Part shown: in pieces, positions 6,004-15,969 of the stretch
Layout of the letters: each line of letters opens with the position of its first letter
Position numbering within the stretch: the first letter of the stretch is position 1
Source of the DNA: a virus
Lineage: Duplodnaviria > Caudoviricetes
Strand: one strand, 5' to 3'
Virus record (IMG/VR): IMGVR_UViG_3300011116_000523
Location: 1-34,902 of that record
DNA length: 34,902 nt
Notes under the pieces: generated by a model
Told to the model about the DNA's origin: nothing
Seen by the model: only the letters and a program-made list of their open reading frames with translations
Database searches by the model: none
Program-made: the position numbers and the translations under genes

Positions 6004-9000
6004 TATGCGAACCCGAGCGCAGCGCCGAGATAGCGCAGTTTCAGAGTGCCGCCGATGGTGACGGCTTCAAAGCAGAGGATGTCAGCCTTACTCGCTGTCG
6101 TGGTCAGCGTGGGGGCGCCAGCCGTGCCGAAGTCGAACGAACCGGATCCCGTCGTCGTCCACGTGCTGATCAGACGGCTGCCCGTGGCATCCTGGAAGAT
6201 TTCGAGCGTGTAGGTGTAGCCATCAACGGCATTCGTCACCGCATTCATGGTGCGGTTGCCGCCGAGCGTGACCTTCGCCTTTTGGGCCGTGCTCACGTCC
6301 CAGGAGATGGTTGCGCCATCAGTCAGCGTGCCGACAGTCACGCCCTGGTGCTTCGTCCAAGACTGCGCCGTGCTCAGCGTGGCGACCGTTGCACCCTCGA
6401 CAGCCAAGACGCCGGCAGATGCGCGCGAAAGCGTCGTATCGGAAGCAGCGCCAAGCTCAATTGTTCCGGTCGTAAACGTTGTGCCCGTACCGATCGTGAA
6501 TGTCGACGCGCCTGCCCAAGTCAAAATGCCGCCGGACTGCGTCAGCGTAACTGCGCCGTTGTTCCAGTTGATGACGGCACCGGACGCGAGAAACAAATCC
6601 GACCACATCAGCGTCGTGGTGCCGAGTGCTGCGCCGTCGTTGGATGTCGGCACCGCGTTGCGGCTGAACTCGATCTGGCCCGTGGATGTGGCACCGAGCC
6701 GGATCGTGCCGGCGCCCTTGGCGTCGATGGACAAGCCTTCGTCCGTCCCCGACGAGATCGCAGCAAAGGCCACGCGAGACGCCGCCGCCGCGCCCGTGAT
6801 CTTAATGCCGGTGGCGACCAAAGCCGTGGCGGAATCGACCTGCAGAACCGGGTTTGTCGTACCGCTGGCGCCGACAGCGAGGGCCGTGGAACTCGCTGAC
6901 GTGATTGTCTGCGCACCCGACGCCAGCGTGCCGACACCCGACACGTTATTGCTGTCATCAATGGTGATGCCGGACTGTTGGACGTTGGTGTTGTCCGTCG
7001 TCGGGCGGTCGGTGCGGACAAGGCGATTGTCGGCGGTGAAGTTGGCCGATGAATACGCCACTGTGCTCGGCAATCGGGCCGACGACAGCGTCCCGCTCGA
7101 GATGTTCGATGCGTTGGTGGTGTCGGTCGTTGCAGAGGTTGCGAAGCTGGTGCCGTTGGTCTTGGTAACGGTGAGTGCACCCGCTGCGCTCAGGGTCGCA
7201 TCGCCGGACACGGTTTTCGGCAGCGGTGCCGATCCGGTCTGCCCGACGACCAGCTGCCCGTCCGTCAGCGCTGCCGTCGAGGTGAGCGCGGTCGATCCGG
7301 TGGCGATGGCAACGCCGTTATTGGTCGCGCCCGAGATGGAGCCGGAGCCCGCATCGCCAGTGCGGTGCCACTCGACGCTGATGGCATCAGAAGCCGAGAA
7401 CGATCCGCCATCGGCAACGCGCGCAACGGTGAGCTGCTGCCACGTCGTGTTGTCGGTATTGGCGCCGGTGATGTCAAACTCAACGAAGTTCTGCGGCGCA
7501 GTAGTTTTCTTGATCAGCAACCGGCCGCGATGTGCCGTCGTCGTTGAATCGTCCCAGGTCGAGATCGTGCCCGCGATGCTGGGATTGCCGCTGTCCGCCG
7601 TCTTGACGTTGATCGCAATCGCCGTGACGCTGGCCAGCGTGGCGTTGTTGAAGCGCAGCGCGCCGTCCGCCGGCAGGCCCATCGTGGTCGAGGTCTCAAA
7701 CGTGTAGTTGAAGCCCGCGCCCTGCCCGGCCAAGCCGGTCGCACCGCGCGGGATTGAGAAATCGAACACCGCTGCCGTCGTCGTGCCCGAGTTGCTGACG
7801 CTCGCCGACGATCCGGCCGCACCCGTGGTCACCGTGCCGACCGTAATGGTGGCCGCCGTGCCCGCCGGACCAGACGAACCCGTCACCGCTAAGGAAATGT
7901 CGTCGGTATTCGACCATGTGCCCGGGGCGGAGACATTCGATACCGAGGCGGACAGATAGGTCGTGTTGTCGGTCCAAGAACTGTTCAGCTTGCAATAGAC
8001 GAACTGAGAAACCGCGCCGACCTTGGTAAAATAGAACCCAGTGCCCGACGACAGCGCCGCCAGGATGGTGCCGAGGCTGGCACCCGTCGAACTGGTCTTG
8101 GAGATGCGGATCGTGGCGATGGAGCCGAGCGTCGTCGTGTCGAACCCGAAATACCCCGATCCCGGGTCGCCTGAGGTGCCCGTGCTGTACTTGAACGCGT
8201 AGCCTGTAACGCCCACGATCCCTGCCGCCACCAGCGCCGGATTGGCCAGCATGTCGGCGTACATGGTGACGTTGGCCGGACGGGTTTCGGCCGAGCCGGT
8301 CGAATCCGTCGTACCCGTCACAGTCAACGTCGAGGCCGGGATGGTGTAGTTTCCGGTCGAACCCGTCGAGGTATCCGCCAGCAGGATGCTGGCGCTGCCG
8401 CCGTCGAGCGGCGAGCCGACAGACCTATTGGCAACGTATTTTACAGTGTGCGTATGGCTGCCCGTGCCCGAGGCCGTAAAGGTGTGCGTATGCGGGGCAA
8501 CCGAGGCCGTTTGTGCCGTGCCTGGCGTGCGCGTGCCGCCGGGATCAACCGACGTGTCGGAGGCGCCGAAGCGGAGGAAGTAGCCGCCGGCGGGCGGAAT
8601 GTTGAACGTGCTTGTTGCCGAACCCCAGGGATAGCCCTGCGCCGAGGCCCACGAGTTGAGGTCGGGATAATCCGCCTTGTTCAGCGTCTGCGCGGTTTCT
8701 TTCAAGCGAATGAAGCCCGCGTCCGGCGAGGACGACATCGACAGCTTGACGTCGCCGACCTTGAGCCCGAACACGTTGGCGGTGAGCAGCGAGGAATAGA
8801 GCGCGTAGAGCTGCGGCGAGCCGTTGACGATGAGAAACTCGTCCGTCGACAACTTGTACTTGGCGACGATCATCTGCCCGGACAGGACTTCCTTGTTGCG
8901 CAGAGCCGTGCCGGAGATCGAACGCAAGGGCTTGGCGCCGAGCGAGTTGACGGCGAGCGTGGACGCGCCGGAATTGTCCTGGTGGGCGACAAACGCCACC

Positions 9001-9242
9001 TCGAGCCCGTCCGTCAGGGCGGCCGGTGTCGAGGTCAGCGTTACGGCGTAGGTGTTGGCGGCGCCGGTTGAGGCGCGCTTCGGAGCCAAGTCAGCGATGC
9101 GCTCGGCAACGCGCGCCATTACCTTGCGGGCGCTGTCATTGACCGTGTCTGGGTTCTGGAACTCGGCCCAGTTGATCGCGCCGTCCGCCGTGGCGTTGTC
9201 GTCGGCGGTGGTCGACCAGTTCAGGATGGAATAGTCGGTCAT
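6003..9242 (-). CDS. tail fibre protein (1079 aa), mosaic
   Basis: N-terminal attachment-like region (WAEFQNPDTVNDSAR), tail-collar-like segment (GDVKLS...YPDL...FNIP..GGYFLR...ETRPANV), short Gly-rich linkers, Thr/Ser/Gly beta repeats. Confidence 0.85.
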   Translation of the reverse strand: MTDYSILNWSTTADDNATADGAINWAEFQNPDTVNDSARKVMARVAERIADLAPKRASTGAANTYAVTLTSTPAALTDGLEVAFVAHQDNSGASTLAVNSLGAKPLRSISGTALRNKEVLSGQMIVAKYKLSTDEFLIVNGSPQLYALYSSLLTANVFGLKVGDVKLSMSSSPDAGFIRLKETAQTLNKADYPDLNSWASAQGYPWGSATSTFNIPPAGGYFLRFGASDTSVDPGGTRTPGTAQTASVAPHTHTFTASGTGSHTHTVKYVANRSVGSPLDGGSASILLADTSTGSTGNYTIPASTLTVTGTTDSTGSAETRPANVTMYADMLANPALVAAGIVGVTGYAFKYSTGTSGDPGSGYFGFDTTTLGSIATIRISKTSSTGASLGTILAALSSGTGFYFTKVGAVSQFVYCKLNSSWTDNTTYLSASVSNVSAPGTWSNTDDISLAVTGSSGPAGTAATITVGTVTTGAAGSSASVSNSGTTTAAVFDFSIPRGATGLAGQGAGFNYTFETSTTMGLPADGALRFNNATLASVTAIAINVKTADSGNPSIAGTISTWDDSTTTAHRGRLLIKKTTAPQNFVEFDITGANTDNTTWQQLTVARVADGGSFSASDAISVEWHRTGDAGSGSISGATNNGVAIATGSTALTSTAALTDGQLVVGQTGSAPLPKTVSGDATLSAAGALTVTKTNGTSFATSATTDTTNASNISSGTLSSARLPSTVAYSSANFTADNRLVRTDRPTTDNTNVQQSGITIDDSNNVSGVGTLASGAQTITSASSTALAVGASGTTNPVLQVDSATALVATGIKITGAAAASRVAFAAISSGTDEGLSIDAKGAGTIRLGATSTGQIEFSRNAVPTSNDGAALGTTTLMWSDLFLASGAVINWNNGAVTLTQSGGILTWAGASTFTIGTGTTFTTGTIELGAASDTTLSRASAGVLAVEGATVATLSTAQSWTKHQGVTVGTLTDGATISWDVSTAQKAKVTLGGNRTMNAVTNAVDGYTYTLEIFQDATGSRLISTWTTTGSGSFDFGTAGAPTLTTTASKADILCFEAVTIGGTLKLRYLGAALGFA

Positions 9243-9255
9243 CTGTCAACCGGCC

Positions 9256-10038
9256 TCATTGCGTGGGTGAGTGGATTTCGACGGAGGCCACGGCGTGGCG
9301 CTCCACGGTGTCGACGCGGTCGTGAATGGTCGAGAACTCGGCTTGCACGTGGTTGAGCAGGTTGCTGAGCGCGTTCTGCAGCTGCTCCATGGTGACGGCG
9401 GGCGGGGCAGGCGGCGTGTCAGCCGCTATTGCCGGTATTGCCGCTAATGGCTCCGGCTGAATTACCGGCGGCTGCGGCACGGGCACGGGAAGCGGCGGCA
9501 GAACCTCTTGCGCGGGCCGCTCGGGGGCAGGCATGGCCGCCGGCGCCTGGATGATGATCTGCGGCATCTGGACGGTCGGCTGTGCCGCGTCCTGCACCGG
9601 AGCAGGAGCCAGCAAAGCGGCATTCGGAGGGCGCCGGGCCATGATCACCCGTTCGATCGGCACCGCGCGCGACTGCACCGCGCCCTCGTGGCAGCCGATA
9701 ACGTAGACCTTGCCGTTCTGTACGCGCCCGGCGATGCCGATCTCGCGCGAGGCCTTGCCGCCGCCTTCGGTCAGGATCACGATAGCCCCCGCCACGGGCT
9801 CGAGCAGCGGTGAGCCCCAGTTCATCCACGCGAACGGCTCTGCGGCCCCTACAGGCGGCACAATGCCGTCCTGGATGGCCGCCCACGCCATGAGGCAGCC
9901 GCCCCAGTAGGGCGGGGTGATGTCGTCGGGAATGGTCAGACTAGCCGCGGCGAAATACTTTACGACTTCCTGAGACACGCGGCCTGTGACGCCGTCGCGC
10001 TCTGTCTGGCCGATCTGGGTGGATATCCGGTGAAGCAT
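9256..10038 (-). CDS. TIGR02594/CHAP-like domain (apparently inactive) + Pro-rich linker + C-terminal helix
   Basis: PYWGGCLMAW, WMNWGSPL.EP..GAIVIL, V.IG and RVIMARRP align by eye with TIGR02594 proteins, but the W-C and GHV catalytic positions are altered. Confidence 0.6.
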   Translation of the reverse strand: MLHRISTQIGQTERDGVTGRVSQEVVKYFAAASLTIPDDITPPYWGGCLMAWAAIQDGIVPPVGAAEPFAWMNWGSPLLEPVAGAIVILTEGGGKASREIGIAGRVQNGKVYVIGCHEGAVQSRAVPIERVIMARRPPNAALLAPAPVQDAAQPTVQMPQIIIQAPAAMPAPERPAQEVLPPLPVPVPQPPVIQPEPLAAIPAIAADTPPAPPAVTMEQLQNALSNLLNHVQAEFSTIHDRVDTVERHAVASVEIHSPTQ

Positions 10039-10041
10039 TCA

Positions 10042-10059
10042 GTCCGTGGAAGCACGGAC
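10042..10059. promoter_or_regulatory. perfect 7-bp hairpin GTCCGTG-N4-CACGGAC over the RBS region of 9256..10038
   Basis: Inverted repeat ending 3 nt upstream of the ATG at 10038. Confidence 0.55.
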
Positions 10060-10074
10060 GCGAGACAAGGTTGA

Positions 10075-12036
10075 TTAGTACGACGGCCCCATGAGGTCGC
10101 CGGATTGCGTCGGCATCATCTGTGAACCGACATAGGCCGCAAGCGGTAATCCGAATACGGCACGATGCGGGTCCAGTGCATATAAGCGCTGCAACTGCTC
10201 CAGCGTCGGATTCTGGCCGACAGCCAGACGCAGACGGCCCAGCCGTTCACTGACGAGGCTTTCGCTGGGCAGCTTGGTGCCTTTCGGCAAGTCCTGACCA
10301 ATCAGCTTGCGGAGATGTTCTGCCGTCATTCCGGTGGGTCCAATGGACCCGCCCGCCGCCACTTGCGTCTCGACGATGTTGCGGGCCGGGTCGCTCCACG
10401 TCTGCTGCCACGGCCCCAATCTGGGAACCTTGCTGGACCCACTGGACCCAGTGAGTTCCGCTGGAACAGCACTAGCGGCGTTCGCTGGACCCGGTATAAT
10501 AGGCATCGGAATTTGTGCAGGAGGCGGCAGTGCCGGACTGGAAGAAACTGCGGCAGGAGGCGGTGACGCTGGAACCGGTGAAGACGGCATCGGCACCGGC
10601 TGCGGTGACATCAGATCTGGCTTCGGTGTCGCCTTGGCTTGCAGCGCTCGATCAACGCTATCGCGATATGTCGCCCCTCCGTAGTATTTTAGAGCCTGCT
10701 CGCGATCGGCGTTGATGCGGGTTGCCGCGATGTCGGCTTCGGCTTGCTTGCCGAGCGCCTCGACATCCAGCGGCTGACGCTTGAAGCGCTGCCCGACAGG
10801 GCCAAGCCCATCCACCACACCTGACACCAACGAGCCAGGCACCTTGCCGACTTCGGCCGCCGCCTTGGGCGTTCCGCGCAGTAGATACTTGGCCGCCGGT
10901 AAAGCTTCGCCACCGGCCACACCGCCGACAAGCCCCTCGAATGCGCCAAGGGCTGAGCGCTCCGCGAATTTCTTTGGATCGTATAGGTTGGCCTCGGCTT
11001 CGGCACGAACCGGGTTGTCCTTGGTGATCGTTTTGTTGTCGAGCAGGGACTGCAACTGCAGGGCACGCGGGTCACCTTGCGGGGCTTCGCGAATATAGTT
11101 CTGTGCGGCCTGATAGGACGGGTTCACGTTGGGCGCGTAGTTGGCTTCGTAGGCTTGCGGCCAGTGCGCGGCACCGAGGCCCGCCAGCGTGCCAAGCGCG
11201 GCAGGAACGCCGTACAGAGCGCCCTTGCCGGTAACGTTCATCCCGCGCATGCCGGCGCCGGTCATCGCGCCAGTGCCCAAGGCGACCGCGCCAGGCGCGA
11301 CGGGACCAAACTTGTCAAAGAACTGACCCGTGGTCGTGTCGGAGAAACGGCGATCCGTGGATAGACCAGCCTGATAGGCGGCATTTGCGCGAGCACGAGC
11401 TGCAGCGTCCTCGCCGTTCTTACGTTCCTGCTCCGCACGGGCAAGCGCGGCATCGGCTTCTGCCTTACGTTCGGCCGCCGCACGCGCTTCGGCTTCCGTC
11501 TTGGCGCGGAGAATGTCTGCTTCTGCTTTTGCCTTTGCGGTTTCGGCCCCGGCTTGCGCGCGTGCCGCATCGGCTTGCGCTCGCGCCGCTTCAGCAGCAG
11601 CGCGTGACTCGCCGCGGCTGGCAGCGACGGCAGATCCGTTCGACATCAGGTCGGAACCGATCGACAGGCCAAGACCGCCGGCCATCATCTTTGCGGCTGG
11701 TGCCGCCTTGTTGAGTCCAAACGCGGTGCCGACTGCAGCGTCCGTAAAGTTTGGAATGCTCGGGTTGGAGAACGCCGTTGCCCACTTGCCGGGCGCGTCT
11801 ATAAGCGCCTGCGGCGGCGACATGTCGGACAGTGCGCGCCCCGTACGATCCACAGACGCGCCAACGTCGGGCGACGTGTAGCGCGCAATGAAGTCACCCA
11901 CCGGCGTGTTGGCGCTGCGCGCTGTATCCGAACGCTGATCAGGCGGCAGTTTGCCCATCAAACGCAGCATCTGCAGCCGGTCCAGTTCGGCCATCAGATC
12001 GGCTGGCAACGTTGCTTGTGGACGGTAGTCAGCCAT
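10075..12036 (-). CDS. putative internal virion/ejection protein (653 aa)
   Basis: Ala-rich coiled coil, Gly/Ala hydrophobic helices, Pro-rich linker; four DLM motifs; located after the ejection genes. Confidence 0.7.
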   Translation of the reverse strand: MADYRPQATLPADLMAELDRLQMLRLMGKLPPDQRSDTARSANTPVGDFIARYTSPDVGASVDRTGRALSDMSPPQALIDAPGKWATAFSNPSIPNFTDAAVGTAFGLNKAAPAAKMMAGGLGLSIGSDLMSNGSAVAASRGESRAAAEAARAQADAARAQAGAETAKAKAEADILRAKTEAEARAAAERKAEADAALARAEQERKNGEDAAARARANAAYQAGLSTDRRFSDTTTGQFFDKFGPVAPGAVALGTGAMTGAGMRGMNVTGKGALYGVPAALGTLAGLGAAHWPQAYEANYAPNVNPSYQAAQNYIREAPQGDPRALQLQSLLDNKTITKDNPVRAEAEANLYDPKKFAERSALGAFEGLVGGVAGGEALPAAKYLLRGTPKAAAEVGKVPGSLVSGVVDGLGPVGQRFKRQPLDVEALGKQAEADIAATRINADREQALKYYGGATYRDSVDRALQAKATPKPDLMSPQPVPMPSSPVPASPPPAAVSSSPALPPPAQIPMPIIPGPANAASAVPAELTGSSGSSKVPRLGPWQQTWSDPARNIVETQVAAGGSIGPTGMTAEHLRKLIGQDLPKGTKLPSESLVSERLGRLRLAVGQNPTLEQLQRLYALDPHRAVFGLPLAAYVGSQMMPTQSGDLMGPSY

Positions 12037-12064
12037 GAAATGAAATCCGTGCTAGGCGGACGCG

Positions 12065-12178
12065 ATGCACTGGAAACGCACGCTACTGACGGCCGGGCTG
12101 TTCGTGGGCGCTTGGATCGTCGTTAAGGCGATCAAACTCGGGATCGTGGCGGTGATCGTGGCGCTAGTTGTTGGTTGA
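12065..12178 (+). CDS. 37-aa antisense membrane peptide (MHWKRTLLTAGLFVGAWIVVKAIKLGIVAVIVALVVG), possible superinfection exclusion
   Basis: Read by hand; fills the intergenic gap and is almost entirely hydrophobic. Confidence 0.5.
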   Translation: MHWKRTLLTAGLFVGAWIVVKAIKLGIVAVIVALVVG

Positions 12179-14455
12179 GCCGCCGAGCGCGCCGCCCAGA
12201 GGGCCGAAGCCCGGCGGGATCAGCGTCGGCAGTTCCTGCGACGTCGCTTTGTTGTAGACGCTGTTCGACAGGCCGCTGGCGCGGGAACCGGCTTGCAGGA
12301 TCGTCTTGGCGTTGTTCTTGCCGAAGAACGATCCGACAAGGTCGGTGAAGATGGCCGCTGCCGTCGTCCCGGAGCGGCTCGAGTTCGGCTTGACCGTCCA
12401 ATCCCGGAACGTCGGGCCATTTTCCAGAGCCGTGACCAGACGTTGCGCATGGGCGCGTTCGGCTGGCGAGTACAGCGTGTCCCAAACGGAGCGCTGCGAG
12501 GTCAGCGACACCTTGAGGTTCTTCAGCAGGGTCTGCGGGTTGTGCACTTCGCCGTTCGGGTTGCGGACAATGCCGAGCCAATAGGCCAGCTTCAGGTCGC
12601 CCTTGAGCGCGGCAGCTTCCTCCGCCGGCAGGAACCGGTCAGCGCCCTGCTGCAAGGATCGCAGCGCGGCAACCGATCCGGGCTTGACCGTCTTCTGCGT
12701 CGGCGCTGTGAACAATTGCGTGATGACCTGTTCTGGGCTGTCGGCACCGCCCAGAACCTTCTTCAAGATCGTTCCGCTGCCGCCTGGCTTGCCGTCGAAG
12801 ATATCGTGCATCTCGCGGGTGAGGCCGCGCGCGGTCTTCATGCTGGCCGCAGCAACGGCAGCGTCCGGCGTCGACGCCGTGAGCAGTTGCTTGCCGGCGG
12901 AATCGTCCACCCATTTGTTGAAGGCGTTGTAGATCGCTTTCGATGCGTCCTTGTCGGCTTTCGTCTGGGCGTTCGTGTAATCCTTCAGCAACCCCTTGCG
13001 CATCTCGTTGACGTCGCGCGTCGGGTTGTTGCGCAGCAGCTTGGAGACCTGCTCGGGTGCCTTGCCTTCGATAAAGGCCTCCAGCTTGCCCAGCATGTTG
13101 GCCGCATAGGGCGTCGTGTCCTTGGTCAACGAGAACGTGCCGAGCTCGTTGTTGATGAAATCCGGCAAAGCGGCAAACGACTGGTCCGTGGCTTCCAGCT
13201 TGCCGACCTTGTCCCATTCTGCCGATGCCTGCTTGGCGGCTGACGTCTGCGCCGCCTGCGCCCGCGTCTGGATGCCTTCGCCGACAGAGGCAGGGCTGTA
13301 ATCGCCCACGGTGCGATCCGGCGCGACCTTGGCGGCAAAACTGCGCGGTCCCTTGAAGGCCGCGCGCTCGATGGCGGCCAGTTGTTCGTCGTCGAACTGC
13401 TTCATGGCGGCGGCCTTGGCATCGCCGAACACGCCGTCGCGCAATTCCTGCTCGCGGCGCAGTTGCGGGATGGATTTGGTGCGCTGCCCAAGTGTTGTGG
13501 GAATGCCGACGTCGCCAATCTCGGCGGTCACGCCTGCCAGCTTGGCATCGCCAGACTTGGCGAACTCCTGCGCCCACCGCTTGGCGATGTCTGCCGTCCA
13601 TTCAGATGGGTCGAGACCAGCCTTCTGCGCCTCGATAGCCCCCTTCTGCGTCAACTGCCCCGTGGCCTTGTCGATCAAGCCCGGCTCGGTGACGAGCTTG
13701 CGCCAGACGTAGCCAGCGGCCGGGGCAGCGGCTTGGAATAGCGCGGCACCGCCAGCCGATCCGATCGCCTTCGGTACATCGAAACCTTGCTCAGATCCCA
13801 TCTGATTGGCGGCGATGTCCTGCCCGCCGGAGATGCCGAGCGCGGTCGCTGCCTGCCCCAGCACCTGCCCAACGATCGGCGCACCCACTTTGCTCAGCAC
13901 CTTGCCCGCAACCCCGCCGCCAGCAAGGAACGGCAACGACCCCGTCGCAGCGCGGCCGAAATCCTCAGTGTCCAGCCCCGGACGGTTCACATAGGCAAGC
14001 TGTTCCGTGCCGTCCGGCTTGCGAAAGCCAATGATCTCGTACCCGTTGGCGTCCTGGAACCGCCGCGTCATCCGTTCGCCGAGGTTCTTGGCAATGATGT
14101 CGCCATAAGCCGCATCGTTCGGCATGGCGAGCTTGGCCTGGTTCTCGGTGGTGACGTCGAGCACGCCCAGATCGGAAATGCGCGGCAGGTCGGCGAAGCG
14201 CTTGTCCTGCTTGCCGCGGATGTCCTGCCAGCGCCGCCCAAGCCACGAGGCGGCGTCCGGTTCGGCGTTGGGATCTGCGGGCTTGACCGGTTCGGCTTGA
14301 ACGGGCTTCGGATTGAACAGTTCGTCCGAGTAGCTGTAGGGCTTGCTCTGCCCCTCGCCGGGACGCGGCCAGCCGGTGGCAGGCGCAGGCGCGGACTGCA
14401 CCGGCGTCATCGTGCCACCAAACAACTCGTCCGAATAGTTCCAGGTCTCGGCCAT
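12164..14455 (-). CDS. DNA ejection protein, P22 gp16-like position (763 aa)
   Basis: Large helical protein with Gly/Ala membrane-like segments and a GIPTTLGQRT motif; synteny. Confidence 0.7.
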   Translation of the reverse strand: MAETWNYSDELFGGTMTPVQSAPAPATGWPRPGEGQSKPYSYSDELFNPKPVQAEPVKPADPNAEPDAASWLGRRWQDIRGKQDKRFADLPRISDLGVLDVTTENQAKLAMPNDAAYGDIIAKNLGERMTRRFQDANGYEIIGFRKPDGTEQLAYVNRPGLDTEDFGRAATGSLPFLAGGGVAGKVLSKVGAPIVGQVLGQAATALGISGGQDIAANQMGSEQGFDVPKAIGSAGGAALFQAAAPAAGYVWRKLVTEPGLIDKATGQLTQKGAIEAQKAGLDPSEWTADIAKRWAQEFAKSGDAKLAGVTAEIGDVGIPTTLGQRTKSIPQLRREQELRDGVFGDAKAAAMKQFDDEQLAAIERAAFKGPRSFAAKVAPDRTVGDYSPASVGEGIQTRAQAAQTSAAKQASAEWDKVGKLEATDQSFAALPDFINNELGTFSLTKDTTPYAANMLGKLEAFIEGKAPEQVSKLLRNNPTRDVNEMRKGLLKDYTNAQTKADKDASKAIYNAFNKWVDDSAGKQLLTASTPDAAVAAASMKTARGLTREMHDIFDGKPGGSGTILKKVLGGADSPEQVITQLFTAPTQKTVKPGSVAALRSLQQGADRFLPAEEAAALKGDLKLAYWLGIVRNPNGEVHNPQTLLKNLKVSLTSQRSVWDTLYSPAERAHAQRLVTALENGPTFRDWTVKPNSSRSGTTAAAIFTDLVGSFFGKNNAKTILQAGSRASGLSNSVYNKATSQELPTLIPPGFGPLGGALGGSTNN

Positions 14456-14456
14456 G

Positions 14457-15959
14457 TCAGATCCCGAACACCTGTTTCATCTGGTTGCGGATCAGCGGCT
14501 GGATCTCTTCCGGCTTGGCGTCCGGGTACTGGATTTTCAAACGCCGCTCGATGCCGCGCTGCTGCTCGTCCATGATCTTCTTCATGTTGTCGAGCGGGAT
14601 CACCGAACCCTGCTGGAGAAGGCCCGCAATCTCGCCGTCCGACAGGTTCATGGCGTTGCGCATGAAGTTCTTACGCGCGATCGCTTTCATCAGGTCGGCC
14701 TTGGACGACTGCAGCTTGGCCATGAACTGCGTCGGACTGTCGGGCGGGCTGAACATGCCGTTCCATTCGGCGTTCGGCTCCTGCAACACCATGCGGCGCA
14801 ATTCGCTTTCGGTGACGGCTGTACCGGACGCTTCCTTCAGCAGCAGGTTGAAATTGGAGACGACCTTGCGCCTGAACGCGGTGAAATCCGCCAGCTTTTG
14901 CTGGTCCTCCGGCTTCAGCGGCACGCCTGCAAACTCCGCCACGCCCTGCAGTGAGCTGACGACGCGCGGGCCAAGCTTCAGGTATTCCGATTTGACCGAG
15001 TTCTCGATGTCGTTGAGACGCGCGAGGTGGTTGACGTCCCCGACCAACGATTCCTCGACCTTGTTCTTTGCCGTCTGACCAAGCGAACCGCGTTCCGCCA
15101 GTTCGTCGGCCTGCTTAATGATGTCGCGGCCGAGCTTGGAATATTCCGGGTCGGCCAGCAGCTTCTGACCGAATGCCCTGGCTTGATCGGGCGGCATCGG
15201 CCCGCGGGGCGTGGGCACCATGTTGGCGGGAACGCCCGGGCTCTGGGGTTGCTGCACGGGTGCTGCGGGCTGTGTCACGGCTTGCGTGCGGATCAGGTTC
15301 GGGTCTTGCGGCTCAACTTCGTTCGACTGCGGAATGGCACGCACCGGAGGCGGCGGCGGGGCTGCTTGCGGCGCCTCCGGCGGCGGAGCGAACATTTCTC
15401 GGCGGCGCGCCGCCTTTTCCTGCGCATCGAGCAAGGTCTGCTCGGCTTGGCGTCGGTTGGCATCCATCAGCAAAATGCGCTCGGCGTTCATTTGCCGCGC
15501 TTCCATCAACTGCGCCTCAGTCTGCTTGGCGAGGATGTCGTGATAGCGCGACGTTTCCTTGAGTTTGTCTCGCTCGATGGTGCCTTCCGCGTTCTTGGAC
15601 AACATATTGGTGAGCAGGCTTGCGCCGGCATCTGGGCCAAGCGCTCGCGCCAGATCGACCGTACCAGCGGGCAGCCCTTGCGCCCACGGCGGCGTCTGCC
15701 CGCCTGTCAGGTTACGCCACATCTGATCTTTGATCTGCATCTGCTCGAGTTCGCGGCGCTGCTTGGCGGCGGCGAGTGCCGATTGCGACGCCTTGCCCGC
15801 CGCCTCGGTCCCGGCCAGAAACCCAGAACCGGGATTGAGCCCCTGCGCACCAGCCGCAACCATGGCCGCGCCCGACTGGAACAGCGGCGACTGCATGGCG
15901 GTGTTGAGATGCCGGAGAAAACCCCAGCCGTCCGGATCAGCGGTCATCAAGTCGGGCAT
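14457..15959 (-). CDS. DNA ejection protein, P22 gp20-like position (500 aa)
   Basis: Gln/Ala coiled coil and a C-terminal SGTAVTESE..R motif typical of ejection proteins; starts MPDLM. Confidence 0.7.
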   Translation of the reverse strand: MPDLMTADPDGWGFLRHLNTAMQSPLFQSGAAMVAAGAQGLNPGSGFLAGTEAAGKASQSALAAAKQRRELEQMQIKDQMWRNLTGGQTPPWAQGLPAGTVDLARALGPDAGASLLTNMLSKNAEGTIERDKLKETSRYHDILAKQTEAQLMEARQMNAERILLMDANRRQAEQTLLDAQEKAARRREMFAPPPEAPQAAPPPPPVRAIPQSNEVEPQDPNLIRTQAVTQPAAPVQQPQSPGVPANMVPTPRGPMPPDQARAFGQKLLADPEYSKLGRDIIKQADELAERGSLGQTAKNKVEESLVGDVNHLARLNDIENSVKSEYLKLGPRVVSSLQGVAEFAGVPLKPEDQQKLADFTAFRRKVVSNFNLLLKEASGTAVTESELRRMVLQEPNAEWNGMFSPPDSPTQFMAKLQSSKADLMKAIARKNFMRNAMNLSDGEIAGLLQQGSVIPLDNMKKIMDEQQRGIERRLKIQYPDAKPEEIQPLIRNQMKQVFGI

Positions 15960-15969
15960 GATCGCTCCC

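Noticed and set aside
6247-7707. 486-aa plus-strand ORF (and the similar 23874..24770)
   Set aside because: Val/Pro/Ala mirror of Thr/Gly/Ser-rich fibre genes on the opposite strand.
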